DNA of 64,000 bases. Source: Bugula neritina. Taxonomy: Eukaryota; Animalia; Bryozoa. A program made the translations under genes and the position numbers. Location: assembly GCA_964035545.1 (NCBI GenBank), contig OZ037772.1, forward strand, positions 3,687,538 through 3,751,537, written 5' to 3'. The notes below the pieces were generated by a model. The model searched no databases, was not told where the DNA came from, and was given only the letters and a program-made list of their open reading frames with translations. Of the stretch, positions 29,756-43,600 are shown piece after piece (position 1 is the stretch's first letter; every line of letters starts with the position of its first letter).

Positions 29756-29859
29756 GTAACAGTTTGCTAGTCATAATAACTTGCACTGTTAGTTGCTGGA
29801 CAAGTTATTCTACATCTCTTGTAGCCACAACCAAAGTGGTGTCTATATATTCTGCTAGT

Positions 29860-30335
29860 GACTTGAGTAATGACTCATATGTAATTGTAATTAATTACAT
29901 ATCTAATGTAATTGATTTTTGCAATTACTTTACAATTACATCTCAATTACTTTAAACTTTTAAATCTTAAAATCTTAAGAAATTTATTCTTTTTTAGCAT
30001 GACTACTGTTAAATAACAAGTACAGATTAAGTCAATGTAGTATAGTATCAGTGTTGAGAACAAAGCACGTTCACCACTGTCAAAATTGCCCCTGCTAGGT
30101 GGACCCTAGAGGTGAAATTGCATAACTTCCAATTGTCCTTTGTGAGAACAAAAGTAATTGTAATTGTAATTATTTGCATTGCCATGTAATTGTAATTAAT
30201 TGCTTTACAATGTAGTTTTGTACTGTAATTAATTACATTTATTTCAACTGTAATTATAATTATAATTGTAATTGACAAATTCTCATGTAATTGTAATTAG
30301 TTACATTCACATGTAATTGACCCCAACAACCCTGG
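29860..30335. mobile_element. GTAATT/AATTAC-rich MITE-like element
   Basis: Dense GTAATT/AATTAC motifs ending GTAATTGACCCCAACAACCCTG. An AATTAC-rich stretch also occurs at about 62380-62556. Confidence 0.5.
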
Positions 30336-31384
30336 TTTATTATGGAGCTCATACTTTTATTGTTCAAGGTCTAGATGTATTCTCCACCATGTTTTTACTA
30401 GAAGTAAACTTTAATTTGGTAATAAGTATAAAATAAACTGTTGTTTCGCATTGTACAGTTTACTATTGCCTGAATATTGTATTGAGAATATTGGCTTAAC
30501 AATTCCAGTGCAGCGATGTGATTGGCCTGACAATATCAAAGTAGTGATGTGATTGGCTACTCTGTTCTGTTCTGCAGGGCCATGCCTACTTGTATTATGT
30601 GTTAATCTTGTTTTGCAGTGAACAGAAAGGAGAATGGGTCCCAAAAGACACCCGGGATCTTACCATGGAGAGGAAGGGTTCACCCGATGTTGATGGCCTG
30701 CCTGGTATATCCAGCAATCCTGGAGATGCAGGAGAAAGGAGACCACCTTGTTTCCCAGGAGATACCGGACTTTTTGGAGAACCAGGTAATGTTTATGCTC
30801 AATTGAGTTTAATCTGTCAAGTTATGTTGGGATCTTTTTCGTTTTCGTTATTTTATGTTTGTTACGTGGAAAAAGGAAAAAACTCTGTCTTGGAGCATTT
30901 TGGTTTTTTCAGAGAGCTTTGGATTATTTGATTATGGTCTACACAGGGGTGTAGACAAACTAAACTAGACAGGGGTGTAGACAAACTAAACTAGACAGGG
31001 GTGTAGACAGACCAAACTACACAGGGCTGTAGACAGACTAGACTAACCAGTGGTCTAGATGGACTAAACCTCCTACGAACTTACAATTACCTTGCGTCAT
31101 GACGTCTCTATTCTCTCCTATAATTTGACCTTTATTTAGGGAGCAGATTTCTAGTAGGCTATTCTATAGTGGCCAGTCACACTGTTTATTATAGCAACAT
31201 AGAAATCAAGTTGAAAACTAGTTGCACCTGTTGTGATGCTATCACTGGGTGCTTACAGGTAGAGGTGGAGTACCTGGACCTGTTCAGATCGAATATCGAG
31301 GTAAACAAGGAGATCAAGGTCCTGCAGGTAAGAATGAGGAGTTACTTGCCCTTGCTTGTGTATTTCTGTTCTTTTTAGGTATTC

Positions 31385-31530
31385 TATAATATGCTGGGGT
31401 TTCCCTCACAGCTATTATATATGCTGGAATTCCCCTCACACCTATGATATATGCCGGGGTTTCCCTCACAGCTATGCTATATGCCGGGGTTTCCCTCACA
31501 GATATGCTATATGCTGGGGTTCTCCTCACA
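31385..31530. repeat. 30-bp minisatellite in collagen intron
   Basis: Unit ATATGC(C/T)GGGGTTTCCCTCACAGCTATGCT, about 5 copies. Confidence 0.9.
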
Positions 31531-34244
31531 GCTAGTCTGCACTAAGGCAGGGAGTAAGCTAAGTAATCATATTGAATCCCAGCAGTGCTTGTTACTTCAA
31601 CTGACAGGATTACTATGTATGATAGTTGCTCTGACTGGTTTCAATGGATCATTTTTACCATACTGTTTACCACATGATGCATTGTCTTAGTAAAAACAAG
31701 AAAACAAAGAAATATACCAGAAATGTTGAGAAATGTGGTGTTCCAGAATTAATAAATGACCACTTGTAATGCATACTGGTGCTGCTTGGTTCATAGGACC
31801 TGTCGAACAAGCTGGAGAACCTGGTCTGGATGGCAGAAATGGAAAGACAGGAGAAACTGCACGAACTGGTATGCCTGGTCCAACCGGCTCAAGGGGGGTC
31901 ACTGGAGAACCCGGATCTGATGGAAGGTATTTTTTGTGTTTCACTTCGCTCTATTCAGCTTCTTGAAACTTTTTATTTGATTTAGTTTCTATAATTTGTT
32001 GTCAATTTTTTCAGAGACGGTTTACCTGGAGTACTGGGTGCTGATGGTAGACCTGGGGAGCAGGGTGATCAAGGACCTCCTGGCTCCATGGGTCCAGTGG
32101 GAATCCCCGGTAACCAGGGACCTGAAGGTGCTCAAGGAGACAAGGGTGATAACGTAAGAACATTCTTTATTCAGTTTTCTTTTTATTTCAGTTCTCTGGT
32201 TTTCCACTAGTCAATCCTGTAGTTGTTTATTTGTTTTAGTTTATTTATGTTAATACTAGAGTTGCTTCAGTGACATCACATGATGTAATATATTACACAA
32301 CAATGCAGTATAATACACCATAATATAATATGTTATACAATACAATAATATTACAGAAAATATAATTCACTAATATCTCACAGTTAAGTTGTGTCTCCTA
32401 AATATATTTATTACTATAGGGGCCAGCTGGGCCACAGGGTGCTTCTGGACCAACTGGATTGTCTGGGCCAACTGGTCCTCAGGGCCCCACGGAGCTTCCG
32501 GGAATTCCCGGCGAACAAGGACCTAAGGTATGAATTAAGTTGAACCAATCTTTGTCCTTAGTTATTGGCCATCAACAGAATCTTGACTCTAAGAGTTATC
32601 CTTCCTAGTAAGAAGGTAAGGCAATTCCTAACTCATGATAATATGAATATCATCTGCTGTTGTAGGACCCACTGGTTTCCAGGGACCGCAGGGATTCCTT
32701 GGAGCTCCTGGTGTTGATGGTTAAAGGGGAGATGTTGGATCAGTTGGTATTGCTGGACCACCTGGGCTACGGGGTGCTGACGGCAAACAAGGAATTACTG
32801 GTTCTCCTGGTGCTATGGGTGCTATGGGACCACCTGGACCTGATGGTGCTAAGGTAAACACTTACACTGTTAACAGGTTATTGTTATTCATCTTGTTAGT
32901 TTAGTGGTAATAAACCAATAGTCTGTATTTCTAGGGTGAGCAAAGGAGAGATGGGGAAATGGGTAGTCCCGGCAGACCTGGACCTCCTGGACCACCTGGT
33001 GAAGCCCCAGTATTTGGTTAGTTATTAGCAAAACCAAGTTATTGTCCATTACTTGTATCTTTTTCATTTTCTTTCAACTGTTTATTGGTAATATTTTGGG
33101 AATTTCATCCATAGCCTGTGATTGAAGCTTTTATTTTATTCTACCAGGGTTATGTTAGGTGCGCCCCCTATGATGATGAGTGCAATGATGTCCAACGGTA
33201 AAGGTGTACAAGCAGATGATGCAGGCGCCAACAATGAGCTCTATAATATGTACCTCAGTGAGTAATGGCCATGATGTGCTTTGATGTTGCCTGCTTTGTA
33301 GCGGAAAAGCTCTTTTAAACGCTGTTTTGGAACTCAAATGACGGACCTGTTTCAAATTGTTTGTGTTTTTGCAGACAAACATTTTTATAATTAACTGCTA
33401 GAAACTATTGTAATAAAAATATAGACAGCTGTTATAATGTATTTCTCCTCCTAGCATTGATGATTGACATTCTTGTTTGATGAGTCACGTATTTAGTTCG
33501 CTTCTTCAGTCAAATGTTGCTACATTCTGACAGATTATATAATGTTGATTTTATTGCTGTTAGCTTACATAACTACTTCCACCTTATTTCTCTAGAAACA
33601 AAAGTAAGGGATGGGTCCAAAGACAGCCCCGTTAGAGACTGTAGAGAACTCTTCACTGAAAACCCAGAGTTCAAGAGTGGAACTTATTGGGTGAGAGAAG
33701 ATGCTGATATGTTTCTATTTTCTCTGCTCAGAGGAAATCTGCATCCAAGTCTAATGACTGAAATTTTGTGAACATGTTTTACATTCTACAATTACTACTC
33801 CTGAGATGTCAATATAATGTCATGTGAAGTTTCCACAGATATTTAATGAATTGTTGTTTAGGAAGAAGAGTTTTCCCATGAGTTGCCTGTAATATATAAT
33901 TCTGTAGATTCAACAGCTGAACATGTTTTAGTAGTTTTATTTGATATTAGCATTGTGTTGGTGTGAAATAGAGAAGTTGTATTCTCTATTGTTTGTTGTC
34001 AGGTGGATCCAGATGGTGGCTCCATAGCTAATGCTATTCAGGCTTACTGTCGCAAGGAAATGAAGAGCACTTGTATCAATGCCAAGACCTCCGAGTTTAC
34101 CACCAAATCGTACATCACCCAGCAGCTAGATAATCAGCCATTTGTTGCTAAGCACATGGGAACAACAATTGTGAGTGTTTATCTTGCATCAACCATGACT
34201 TTCTCAGTAATACTTGAGAATATTCAAAAGTTTTATGTTGAGAA

Positions 34245-34415
34245 TTGTCGCTATAGTAACATATTTGTTCACTGTATGGATGTTGATAAGTGTTGCTATA
34301 GTAACATGTGGGTTTCCTGTATGGATGTTGATAAGTGTTGCTATAGTAACTTGTTGGTTTCCTGTGTGGATGTTGATGAGTGTTGCTATAGTAACATGTT
34401 TATTTCCTGTATGGA
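34245..34415. repeat. 45-bp minisatellite in collagen intron
   Basis: Unit GTTGCTATAGTAACATGTGGGTTTCCTGTATGGATGTTGATAAGT, about 4 copies. Confidence 0.9.
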
Positions 34416-36129
34416 TTGTAGTTTGAGTATCAGGCAGAGTTTTCCCAACTCAACTTCCTTCGAATTCACTCTGAGAGAGCAAAGCAAACCCTGACTTACA
34501 GGTAATAGTCACTGCTAGCAGCTTATCAAATAGTCACAAGTCGCTAGTCACCAGATACTAGTCCTCTACTATGTTGCTAGTCAGTTGATAATCTGAACAA
34601 TCACTGGCTTCTTCTTAAGCTGAGCGAGTTGTTGGCATGACTATTCCTTTTGCTTTTTGTAGATGTATAAACTCAGTGGCAGTAGAAGACGCATTCGGTA
34701 GGAAGAATAAGTCAGTCATTTTATATACAGCTGGTGATAAAGAATACACAGCAACAGATAGCAGGTTTCAATATTCAGTGCTGCAGGATGATTGCAAGGT
34801 ATGTAAATCTGACCTGTATAATGTAAATCTGATCTATATAGTGTAATTTTGACCTATATAGTGTAAACCTGATCTATATTGTGTAAATCTGACTTATATA
34901 GTGTAAATATGACCTGCATATGCGCATGATTGCGATAGTTGCATCTTTTGTTTTATTAATTTACTGTGGAGCTTGCCTTTGAGGCTTGTAATAAATGTTT
35001 ACGAGTTCAACCCAAAAGCCACTTTGAGTGATGTACGAGTTTAGAGTTTTGAGTTTGCCGTCTGCCATTTTGTAGTATTCCAAATCATCAGAAGCTCAGA
35101 CAGTGATTGAGATTGACACCAAGACCGCCACCCACTTGCCTATTATTGACATTGCTCCTGGTGACATCGGGACCACCCACAAAGAGTTTGGGGTTCAACT
35201 TGGAGAAGTCTGCTTTTTATAGACTCATATCTAACAACAGTGTTATTTGGCTGATTTGTAAGACTGTCCCTGATTAGATAATTAGTGGCCAATGTTGGTT
35301 GGCTGAGACCAGCAGTCTGATTCTTATATAACCTAATTTTTGAATGAAATATTTGATTACTCTAAATAAATTTATCAGAGACTTCCAAGGCAGTGATGGT
35401 GATTTTTGTACATATAAATTTGAAGAAGTTTAGCTATAGGGTTTATACTGTTTTCATTAATTACTCCACCATAACCTGAGATTGTGAGTAGTCATTCTAG
35501 AATGAGGTAGGGAGGGTGTAATGCCTCTCCCTATGACTTTATGTATTTAGAAACTGTTGTTAATTTAGTAATTCTGTTGGTGTTATATTTTTAAATTCAT
35601 TTAATCCAACCATTTCTCTATTACAAAATATATTTTACCATAAGGTGCTACACAATTTATTTCTCAGCTTGTAGATTTCATCATCAAAATTATTGAAGTA
35701 ATAAAATTGGTCCAGAATTTGAAAGAAGCTGCAGTTTTCAGATCTGATTATTTAACCTATTTATCCTGAAATTAGACATTGTTAGTTTAAAATGGAGTGT
35801 AACATATATTTTAGTCACTTAGTTCCAACTGTGTTGACCATATCAATATTTTAAATTTTACTTTGGCTGCTATGAAGTACATAAGTAAATGGCATTAAAT
35901 TTCACCGGTCACATCATCTTGTAAAAGTTAATTGTAAATAAAAGTAAATTTCAAGTGTTTTTGAGAAGCTACAGGTTTGTATGTTTGAACAAATGAAACA
36001 TAATGTTCCTTAATGTCAAGATTCTGCTTATACCACAATACCATAAACATTGTGACTCTGTCAGTAGCCAAAAGAAGTGATGAAAAAACTTGTTTACTGA
36101 CACGACGACTAAATTTTATAAATATCATA

Positions 36130-37954
36130 CACGATTTAAAGATGCTGTCCTGCTGCTGCTGGGACGGCAGGAAAATCTACGAGAATCTGGAATGAGACTT
36201 TGGCAGAGTCAGACTTGGGCTCGCATTTGAAAGACTTGTTACTGAAACCAGAAACAATAAATATCAAAATTGTCTAATTTTCAGGTTTCTGGGAAATTTC
36301 TTTAGATGTATTTCTGAAACTAACAATGTTTTACTAACCTTCATGTCAGGAGTTCTCTTCATCATTGTTGTACAGACTTTGAATACTGTCACATATCAAC
36401 TGGAAACACACATTACAATCATTAACTCAAGCACAATCAACATAGAAGTTTAGCAATTACCAGTGAGCGTTGAAAGAATTTCAACATGATTGAAAACTTT
36501 TCCAAATAAATTATAAGTCTACAAACTGTTTTTGATCTAGCAATGAGCCATTTAATTTCGATACATAGTGGTGATCGCTTAGCTAGGATCTTGGTTGGGG
36601 GGGGGTGGTTTCTATTCCTGCCATTGTTTCTGCCCATCTCAGTGTCTCTGCTACACACTCCTATGTAACAGATGTATGAGTTATATCCATTATCCTGTAT
36701 GCCTTCAGCACATATATGTCATACATCCATATTGTATCTTATCACAGTGGTAACTGGTATAAAATGTATCACCTTATATGCGTCAAATTGCGTGACTATC
36801 AGCTTCTTCTGAATAGTCAAACTTTGCACTTTGGCTTCAGCCTTCGTCATTCGAGAATATAACTGAGAAACAACATCCTGCCAATAGGAAAACAGATAGC
36901 AGCGCGATTCTTTCAAATTTTGTCAAACACAGAAAAGTTTAACTCGTGAAAACACAGCACTAATTAAACAGGGAGAACTATTATATTAATTCAAGGGAAC
37001 CGTTAGGTTACAACTCGTTAGCAAAGTGGGTATCTCGAGGATCTTGTATTGGTGAACTTCAGCCTATAAATGGCTCGTTTTACTCTTTTGCTCACAAAGT
37101 TTATCAACAAGATAGAAAAGCTTAACATATTCACTAGAAGAAGATTGTATCTGCTAAAGACTATGTCCAGCTATTATAGATTGTAGATTGTATCTACAAT
37201 CACATGGCACACTCACAGTAAACTTGTTAGATTATTACTAAGCAGTGAACTTCAATCTATTAGGCAGAGTGTTAACAAAGAAAGCCACTTCTAACAATTG
37301 CATATCTGTTGAGAATAGCTCACTGCGGCCGGCTAAAGACTATGTCCAGCTATTATACACACTTTAGTCACAAATAATTAATTATATTTCAACTGCAACA
37401 TGCGAGGATTTGGTAACATACATTAGCCCTGGCGATATGTTTTCTCATCTTGATAATATCCCATTATTGAAAGGCTATCATTCGCCCCTTCTTAGCGACA
37501 AGTGCCTTAGCAGCTTCCAGTTCAATTTTCAGTGTGCCATTGATGCTCTCCGCATCTGTCATGGAGTCACTAATCTGCTGCATAGACACCTGCTGCTCGG
37601 CTAATTCTTTTTAAACTGTGAACAACTCACACTTAGCCTTCAACTTGTCCTGCAACTGGCCAACTTCTTCTCGCAGAGTTCCGGAAGTCTGTTTCTCAAC
37701 CAATAGCTGTGTTCGCAGGTCACAATACACAATGTTATATATGTTATATACATGTGTTATATATGTTATATATGTTATATGTGTTATATATGTACTAATT
37801 GCCTCTTTATATTGGAAACTCGGTTTCTTTACTGCATAACCAATTGTGAAACAACACTGATGTTTCAAACACAGCACGCTTAGCGCATTTCAAAATCATT
37901 TGAAAAAATGGGACATTTTCAAATTGATGTACGTTGATTGACTGAATAGTTTAG

Positions 37955-38040
<86 letters not shown>

Positions 38041-39467
38041 AGTAGAAGAACTAACTAACCTCCTCTGCTTTCCTCTCCAGCTTATCCTGCAACACATGAC
38101 GCTCTTCAATCAAAGTCTCCTCTCTGGAAGCCTCCTCTGATTTGATGGCGATTTTACATTTCAGGGCTTCCAGCTGGACCTTCAGCATGCTGATCGTATG
38201 GAAGTGCTCATAACACTGAACTTTCTAAAATTCATCATTGAAACTATTTCTTGAGCCTTAAAGGATAATACAGTCACAGTATAACTCATTATGCATTCTA
38301 TAAATCAAATTACAAACAAATCAATATCTAATAATTATGATGACAGTCAACATCTCAAATATTCTTATTAGACTTTTATATTCTATAACATATTGTATTT
38401 ATTACACTGCAATATAAAACCAAAACCTATACTGAAATTTATACCTGCGAATGAAGATCAGCTTCTTGACTTTTACACTGGTCTAGAAGGGTGTTGACTT
38501 GTGAGCCTCTTTCTTTAGCTGAAGCTAATAGTTGTTCTTCCAAAGTCCACAATAAGTAACGCAAAAATACATACATAATTGTGTGAGGAAGTCATTGTGC
38601 AAAGAGGGCCAGGTTAAATGATACTGCTATAAAGACAAACTATGCACCAACCACAGAAGGAAGTGGGTTATAAGTGAACATTTCTAGAGCACTCAAGTAG
38701 AAGCGTCTACACCTGGATTACTTTAAGAAACAGAATGACTGACTGATTTATACCTTTACAATTTCCTCATACTCATTGAGTCTCCTCTCATACTCTGACT
38801 GTAATTGAACATTTTCTGATGCAAGTTGGCTGTTCAAAGTGATCAACTCTAAGACAACACATGCTTTCTCAGACAACTAAAGGCCATATAGGCTTCTATC
38901 CAACTTACACTGTGAGATTAGGATAAATTAAGTGAGCATTTCAACACCACAATAAGCAGTATTAGAACTATCCACTTTCATGCAAATAGTTTCATTGAAT
39001 CCATTGCTGCATGAATGTAGTGGAAAACAGAAAGATACGGAAATTAAAAAGGAGACATAGGCTATACATTTGATAGGTTTAGTGAAACCAACACAGAACC
39101 CACACTTCAAGTCACTATTTCTATTATTACAACAGAATAAGGAACATCAGTAAGTAAATATAAAAAGTATCTGTTCTCAAGTCCAAACCGCCATCTGCCA
39201 TCTTGGAGTCAAAACTTTTCCTTTTCTCGTGTGGGGTAGTTGTGCCTGCATCTCCACAGGAAAAAGCAGTATTAACATTACTGGCTCCACCCACATTACT
39301 GGCTCCACCCACATTACTGGCTCCATCCACATTACTGGCTCCACCCACATTACCGGCTCCACCCACATTACTGGCTCCACCCACATTACTGGCTCTACCC
39401 ACATTACTGGCTCTACCCACCTTACTGGGTTCACCCACATTACTGGCTCCACCTACATTGCTATCAC
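36130..39467 (-). pseudogene. Multi-exon coiled-coil protein pseudogene with a (GGASNV)n repeat exon
   Basis: Exons read (GGASNV)n..EKRKSFDSK; ELITLNSQLASENVQLQSEYERRLNEYEEIVK; TLEEQLLASAKE..; ..LQDKLERKAEE; LREEVGQLQDKLK; ELAEQQ..LKIELEAAKAL..FQ*; DVVSQLYSRMTKAEAKVQSL; LICDSIQSL..NS*HE. There are two in-frame stops and a mutated acceptor near 38547. The family is not recognised. Confidence 0.7.
39275..39465. repeat. 18-bp coding tandem repeat
   Basis: Unit ACATTACTGGCTCCACCC, about 10 copies, open in several frames. Confidence 0.95.
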
Positions 39468-40477
39468 CTGAAACAATAATTTATAATATATAACACAAAA
39501 ACAATTTTATTAAGAACTTATTGATGTTATTGATGTTGAGTTCTAGTCTGTACTTCTCCTTCAGCTGTTCATCACATCTCAACAGTACAATAGATCAATA
39601 ATTTAAAGATTAAAATTTAATTTAATAAATAATTTTAAACGCTATATCACTGAATGATACATAGCTTGAAAATGAAACTACAACACAATAATTTTTAGCT
39701 ATGTGTCAAAGTTCTATGAAATAAGTTATATATAAGCAGCAGAATTAGGCAATCTAAACCTGAGTCTCTGTATAACTTGGTTTTCTCTCCACTTTATTGT
39801 AATGGTACAAAAATTGATCTCAAAAAGTTGTTAGTGTTCATTTGAAATAATAACTTTAGCCGAAAACCCTATCAAGAAAAAAGCTTTTTCTAGTAGGTGC
39901 AGCATTGCACAAGTTTTATTTCTTTAGGTAATCTGAAAACCCAACTTAGGCTATGTGGAGACAATGTTTGTTTATTTGAATTTATGACATGGTTACTTGA
40001 GAAAGACATTCTTTCAACTTTTTAGGAGTACTTTGATGAAATTTGTCTAAATTACACAAAAATTCTGCTGATTCTTATATAATGGTAAGACAACAACCTG
40101 ACTGGTACTTCTTATCAGCTTCAAGAGTTTGGACTTTATCAGCCATGTTGATGGTGGACTTGTGTTCTTGTAATACAGAAGGCAGTATATCAGCTCAACT
40201 AACCAATGACTTGCAGCACAGAGCAGGGTAAGACTGTAGGCATTGTCAAAGCTTTTAGTGAAATGTTCTTGATGAAAGCTTTTGGCAATAGCTTTCTGGC
40301 TGTTAACTTTTTGTTGAGTTGCCATCCTGCATCTGTGCATCTACACCATTCAGCATTCTCACTCACATTAACAATTATTTTGCACCTTCTAATTAAAGGA
40401 AAAGGAATAGAGAAATGAGTAGTACAGCCAACTAAGTCTGCCTCAATTCTGTCTTTACTAAAACCTGATTGCATACA

Positions 40478-40690
40478 GTGTAAGTATACTGTGTAGGTAT
40501 ATATAGTGTAAGTATACTGCGTAGGTATATAGTGTAAGTATACTGTGTAGGTACACAGTGTAAGTATACTGTGTAGGTATATAGTGTAAGTGTACTGTGT
40601 AGGTACACAGTGTAATTATGTAGTGTAGGTATGTAGTGTAAGTATACTGTGTATGTAAACAGTGTAAGTATGTAGTATGTAGTATGATAC
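40478..40690. repeat. About 26-bp minisatellite between the coiled-coil and CLASP fragments
   Basis: Unit AGTGTAAGTATACTGTGTAGGTATAT. Confidence 0.85.
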
Positions 40691-40729
40691 TGCTATTCTA
40701 GTAAACTGAATGGTGAAAACGTGACTAGG

Positions 40730-42941
40730 GAAAGAGACAGCACGTCACAAGACCGCTGTATACAGGAGTCCTTGCCGAAGTGACTCCCCTCTCAACTACC
40801 GCATAGCATATAAACCCACAAATTACTCTACACCACCATCTTCTGTCCTACAATCTCAGTCTAACCAACCAATGGTAAGTCATAACCAACTTCTGTCGGT
40901 CAGTCATTCAACATGGTGCATTCTGATTGCATCAATTATACATCTGTTGAGTACTACTGCATGCTGTAGAACGGTCCCGACCTGGAAGGAGCGGATGGTG
41001 GTGAGGAGTTTCTGATTGACGATTCAGATGAAGATATGTCCCTGGACCCCTCTGACTCCGTCTGGAGAATACTCAAAGAGCTGTCCAATCATGACGAGAG
41101 GTTAGTCTTTCATCAAATAGTTGCTTTCGCCTATCGCTTGTTAAATAAATAAACGCTGCTGACATAATGAACAGTTTTAAAATAGTGCAGACTAACTTAT
41201 CCCGATGTATACATGTATGGTTTGCTATATGGTCAGTGTCAAATGTGTATGTATAAACATAAAAAAATATACTCTTTTAGATCTACAGCAAAATTCATGT
41301 TTTAGCTGTACAGCTTGTGCCGCTACGGATAGCAGAGGAAGGCAAAATCAAACGCACGTCACTTGGTTCTGCAGTGCCATATATTATCATTACTGTTTAG
41401 AACTAAAAATGTTTTGTTATTTTCACCTCAGAGGAACGTTTATTAAAAAAAACTTTAGTAACATGTACTACAAAATTCCGAGTCGACTTTTTTCTATGAA
41501 CTGTAGCTAAGGTGCATGGCTGAGGTTTGTGACTAGAGTACGGAAGGGAGAGGGGGGAGCAAATGAGCAAATTACAATTTATTTTAGTAAAATACAAGTA
41601 TATTACCTCAGTGGTGTAATATATAATGATTATCATGACTATCTACAAGTAGCAACAGCAGAGTGTTTTGTATTATGAATAAAATGGCAAAGCTTTAACC
41701 TCACCAGATGTATATATTAGGGGAGCTTCAACTTGTAGTTTTGTAGTCATACCATGATGTCTTTGATATTTTACAAAAAGGTCAGAAATGGCTATATCTA
41801 TCAATTTTAGAAACATTTCAACCAACTTTTTAGGCAAACAAACTAATAACAGTGATCAGGGTGCGATAGTCAGGTGGCCCATTGTGCCCTGGTCAGCGTG
41901 GCCTACTGTGCCCCGTGTGGCCAAATTGAAAATAAATGTACCTCAAGGAAAATTTATTTAAGTGTTTGCTGTTATACTAGTTAAGCAATGTAGAGACAAG
42001 CAATGGCAGCAATATTAGTAAAATCTAGGCTTCTTGCCTTCGAGTGTGAAAAGTTATAAAGCTTTAACGACATCCTAAAAAATTTACAAAAAGTAGGTAA
42101 AAACAGTTTTTTACTTGCCTTTTCAACATGTATGTGTTGAAACTACAAAGACTGAATAATTATGTCGTCACTATTAATTTATGAAAAAAAATCACAACTC
42201 TAAGTCAATAAGTTCTCTCACAATTTGGCCGGTTTTTTGTACCCCTATGACCGTTGTGCCCCCGTTACCCCTATCATACAAGCTCATTAGGATGCCAGCA
42301 AGTGGGTGAGAACTTTTTCCTCCAGTAATCCTGCTCATTGGAATAGACGTTACAGTACTGGTGATTCATATTAAAATATATTTCTTGTTTTAAGCTTTTA
42401 GTGCTGTTGCTTGTGATGGTGAGAGAGCTGTGTTGACTATAAACCTTTAGGTGTACCGAGCAGCTGAGGAGTGTGCTATAACACTGGCCATGTCACTGAA
42501 GCCCGAGCACTCTGTCGTAGGACTGGCTAAACTAACGGGCAGTCTTGAGTACCCACTATCTGTAGCCGCTATAAAGACACTCACACATGTTATTGAACGA
42601 ATGAGTGAAGAATCCTTAATCAAAGTTATTCAACAGCTGGTACCAGGTCTTATTAGGGTATTACGCTATGGGTCTTGTAAAGTTTACTGACTAATATTAG
42701 GTCATCTGTTGAGATATGTCACTAGTTTCTAGGATTTTATTTCTACTCGGTGTAAAAGATGTTGTAAGTTGATCTCACTTATAGTGTACACTGTAGTTGT
42801 GATCAACTTCTATGGCTTTTACAGGGCTACAAACATGAAAAGTTCAGGTGCAGGAAAGCTAGTTGCTTCGCTTTGGTCGCTCTTTACATGAAAATAGGAG
42901 ATAATCTCAAGCCATATTTGTCTGTACTAACAAGCAGCAAG
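40730..42941 (+). pseudogene. CLASP: 3' fragment of CLIP-associating protein (C-terminal CLIP-interacting domain)
   Basis: Exon 40970-41100 ..DPSDSVWRILKELSNHDER; exon 42451-42657 VYRAAEECA..YPLSVAAIKTLTHVIER..LVPGLIR; exon 42825-42941 GY..RKASCFALVALY..IGDNLKPYLS.LTSSK. These match CLASP LLKELSNHNER / VRSAEE..YPINLAAIKMQTKVIER..PGL / GY..VRKACVFCLVA..IGDELKPHL. TOG-domain exons and the intervening exons are absent. Confidence 0.85.
41270..42271. mobile_element. Second, inverted and one-end-truncated copy of the 10390-11737 element
   Basis: Reverse complement of about 10390-11430; ends CCGTTGTGCCCCCGTTACCCC|TA. Confidence 0.88.
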
Positions 42942-43479
42942 GTAGGCCATCAGTTCTTCACAAAAAACATGTCTGAAACTAAACTATAAAAATATGCTGA
43001 GAATAAGTGCCTGTTCCTTTCACTCTAGTGAACAGTAAATCTTACGGATGTATATTTTATCCAAAATCGTATGTTTTGAACTGCCCCTAGCACATTTATA
43101 ACCAAAGAGTTTTGGTAACAACATTTTTATTTTAGTTATTTTTATATGATAGTTTTAATTATTAATTATTATTAACATACACAGAATTGCTTTCAACCTC
43201 TTCAAAAAATCACAAGAGAGACAATTGCTAATACACAAAAAGAAAACAGAAATAATGTTGCTGAAACATAAGTTTATACAACAGTGTTTAAAGTATCTCA
43301 TATTATCATACTTTATGACATAATTTAGTATGATAATATGGGAGACAATAATGGCACAGGTAATAATATTATGGCACAGGTGATAATGACACAGGTATAG
43401 TAATATAAGGGAACAGGTGATAATGTCTTGGTAAGAAGGGCACACAGCGAAAAGTAGGAAAACATTGCACACTTATGTT

Positions 43480-43600
43480 CAATTTTTCCAAACACCCATT
43501 CTCACCCTTATACCCTAATACTGAAAATGTGCCATTCTTACCTATTTTTCCACTTGTGCCATAATAACCTGTATTTGCCATTTCAACCATAGACACCACC
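43480..43600 (-). pseudogene. Degenerate Gly-X-Y (collagen-like) exon fragment
   Basis: GYYGTSGKIGKNGTF.VLGYKGENG triplet pattern; short and frameshifted. Confidence 0.35.

Larger units (their letters stand above)
30619..35222 (+). pseudogene. Fibrillar collagen alpha chain (short, damaged Gly-X-Y region plus COLFI C-propeptide), probable pseudogene
   Basis: Gly-X-Y exons at about 30619, 31259, 31797, 32015, 32420 (108 bp), 32666 and 32935; QADDA C-proteinase-like site; COLFI exons DGSKDSPVRDCREL..SGTYW/VDPDGG..AYC..TC/FEY..QLNFLR..LTYR/C..QDDCK/..LPIIDIAP.DIG...FGVQLGEVCFL*. Lesions: in-frame TAA at 32722-32724, a base missing at the 32666 acceptor, and many Gly to D/S/R/C/E substitutions. 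Confidence 0.88.

Noticed and set aside
39960-40474. Overlapping ORFs upstream of the coiled-coil exons
   Set aside because: Possibly a decayed exon, but no frame is consistent and no motif is recognisable, so it was not annotated.
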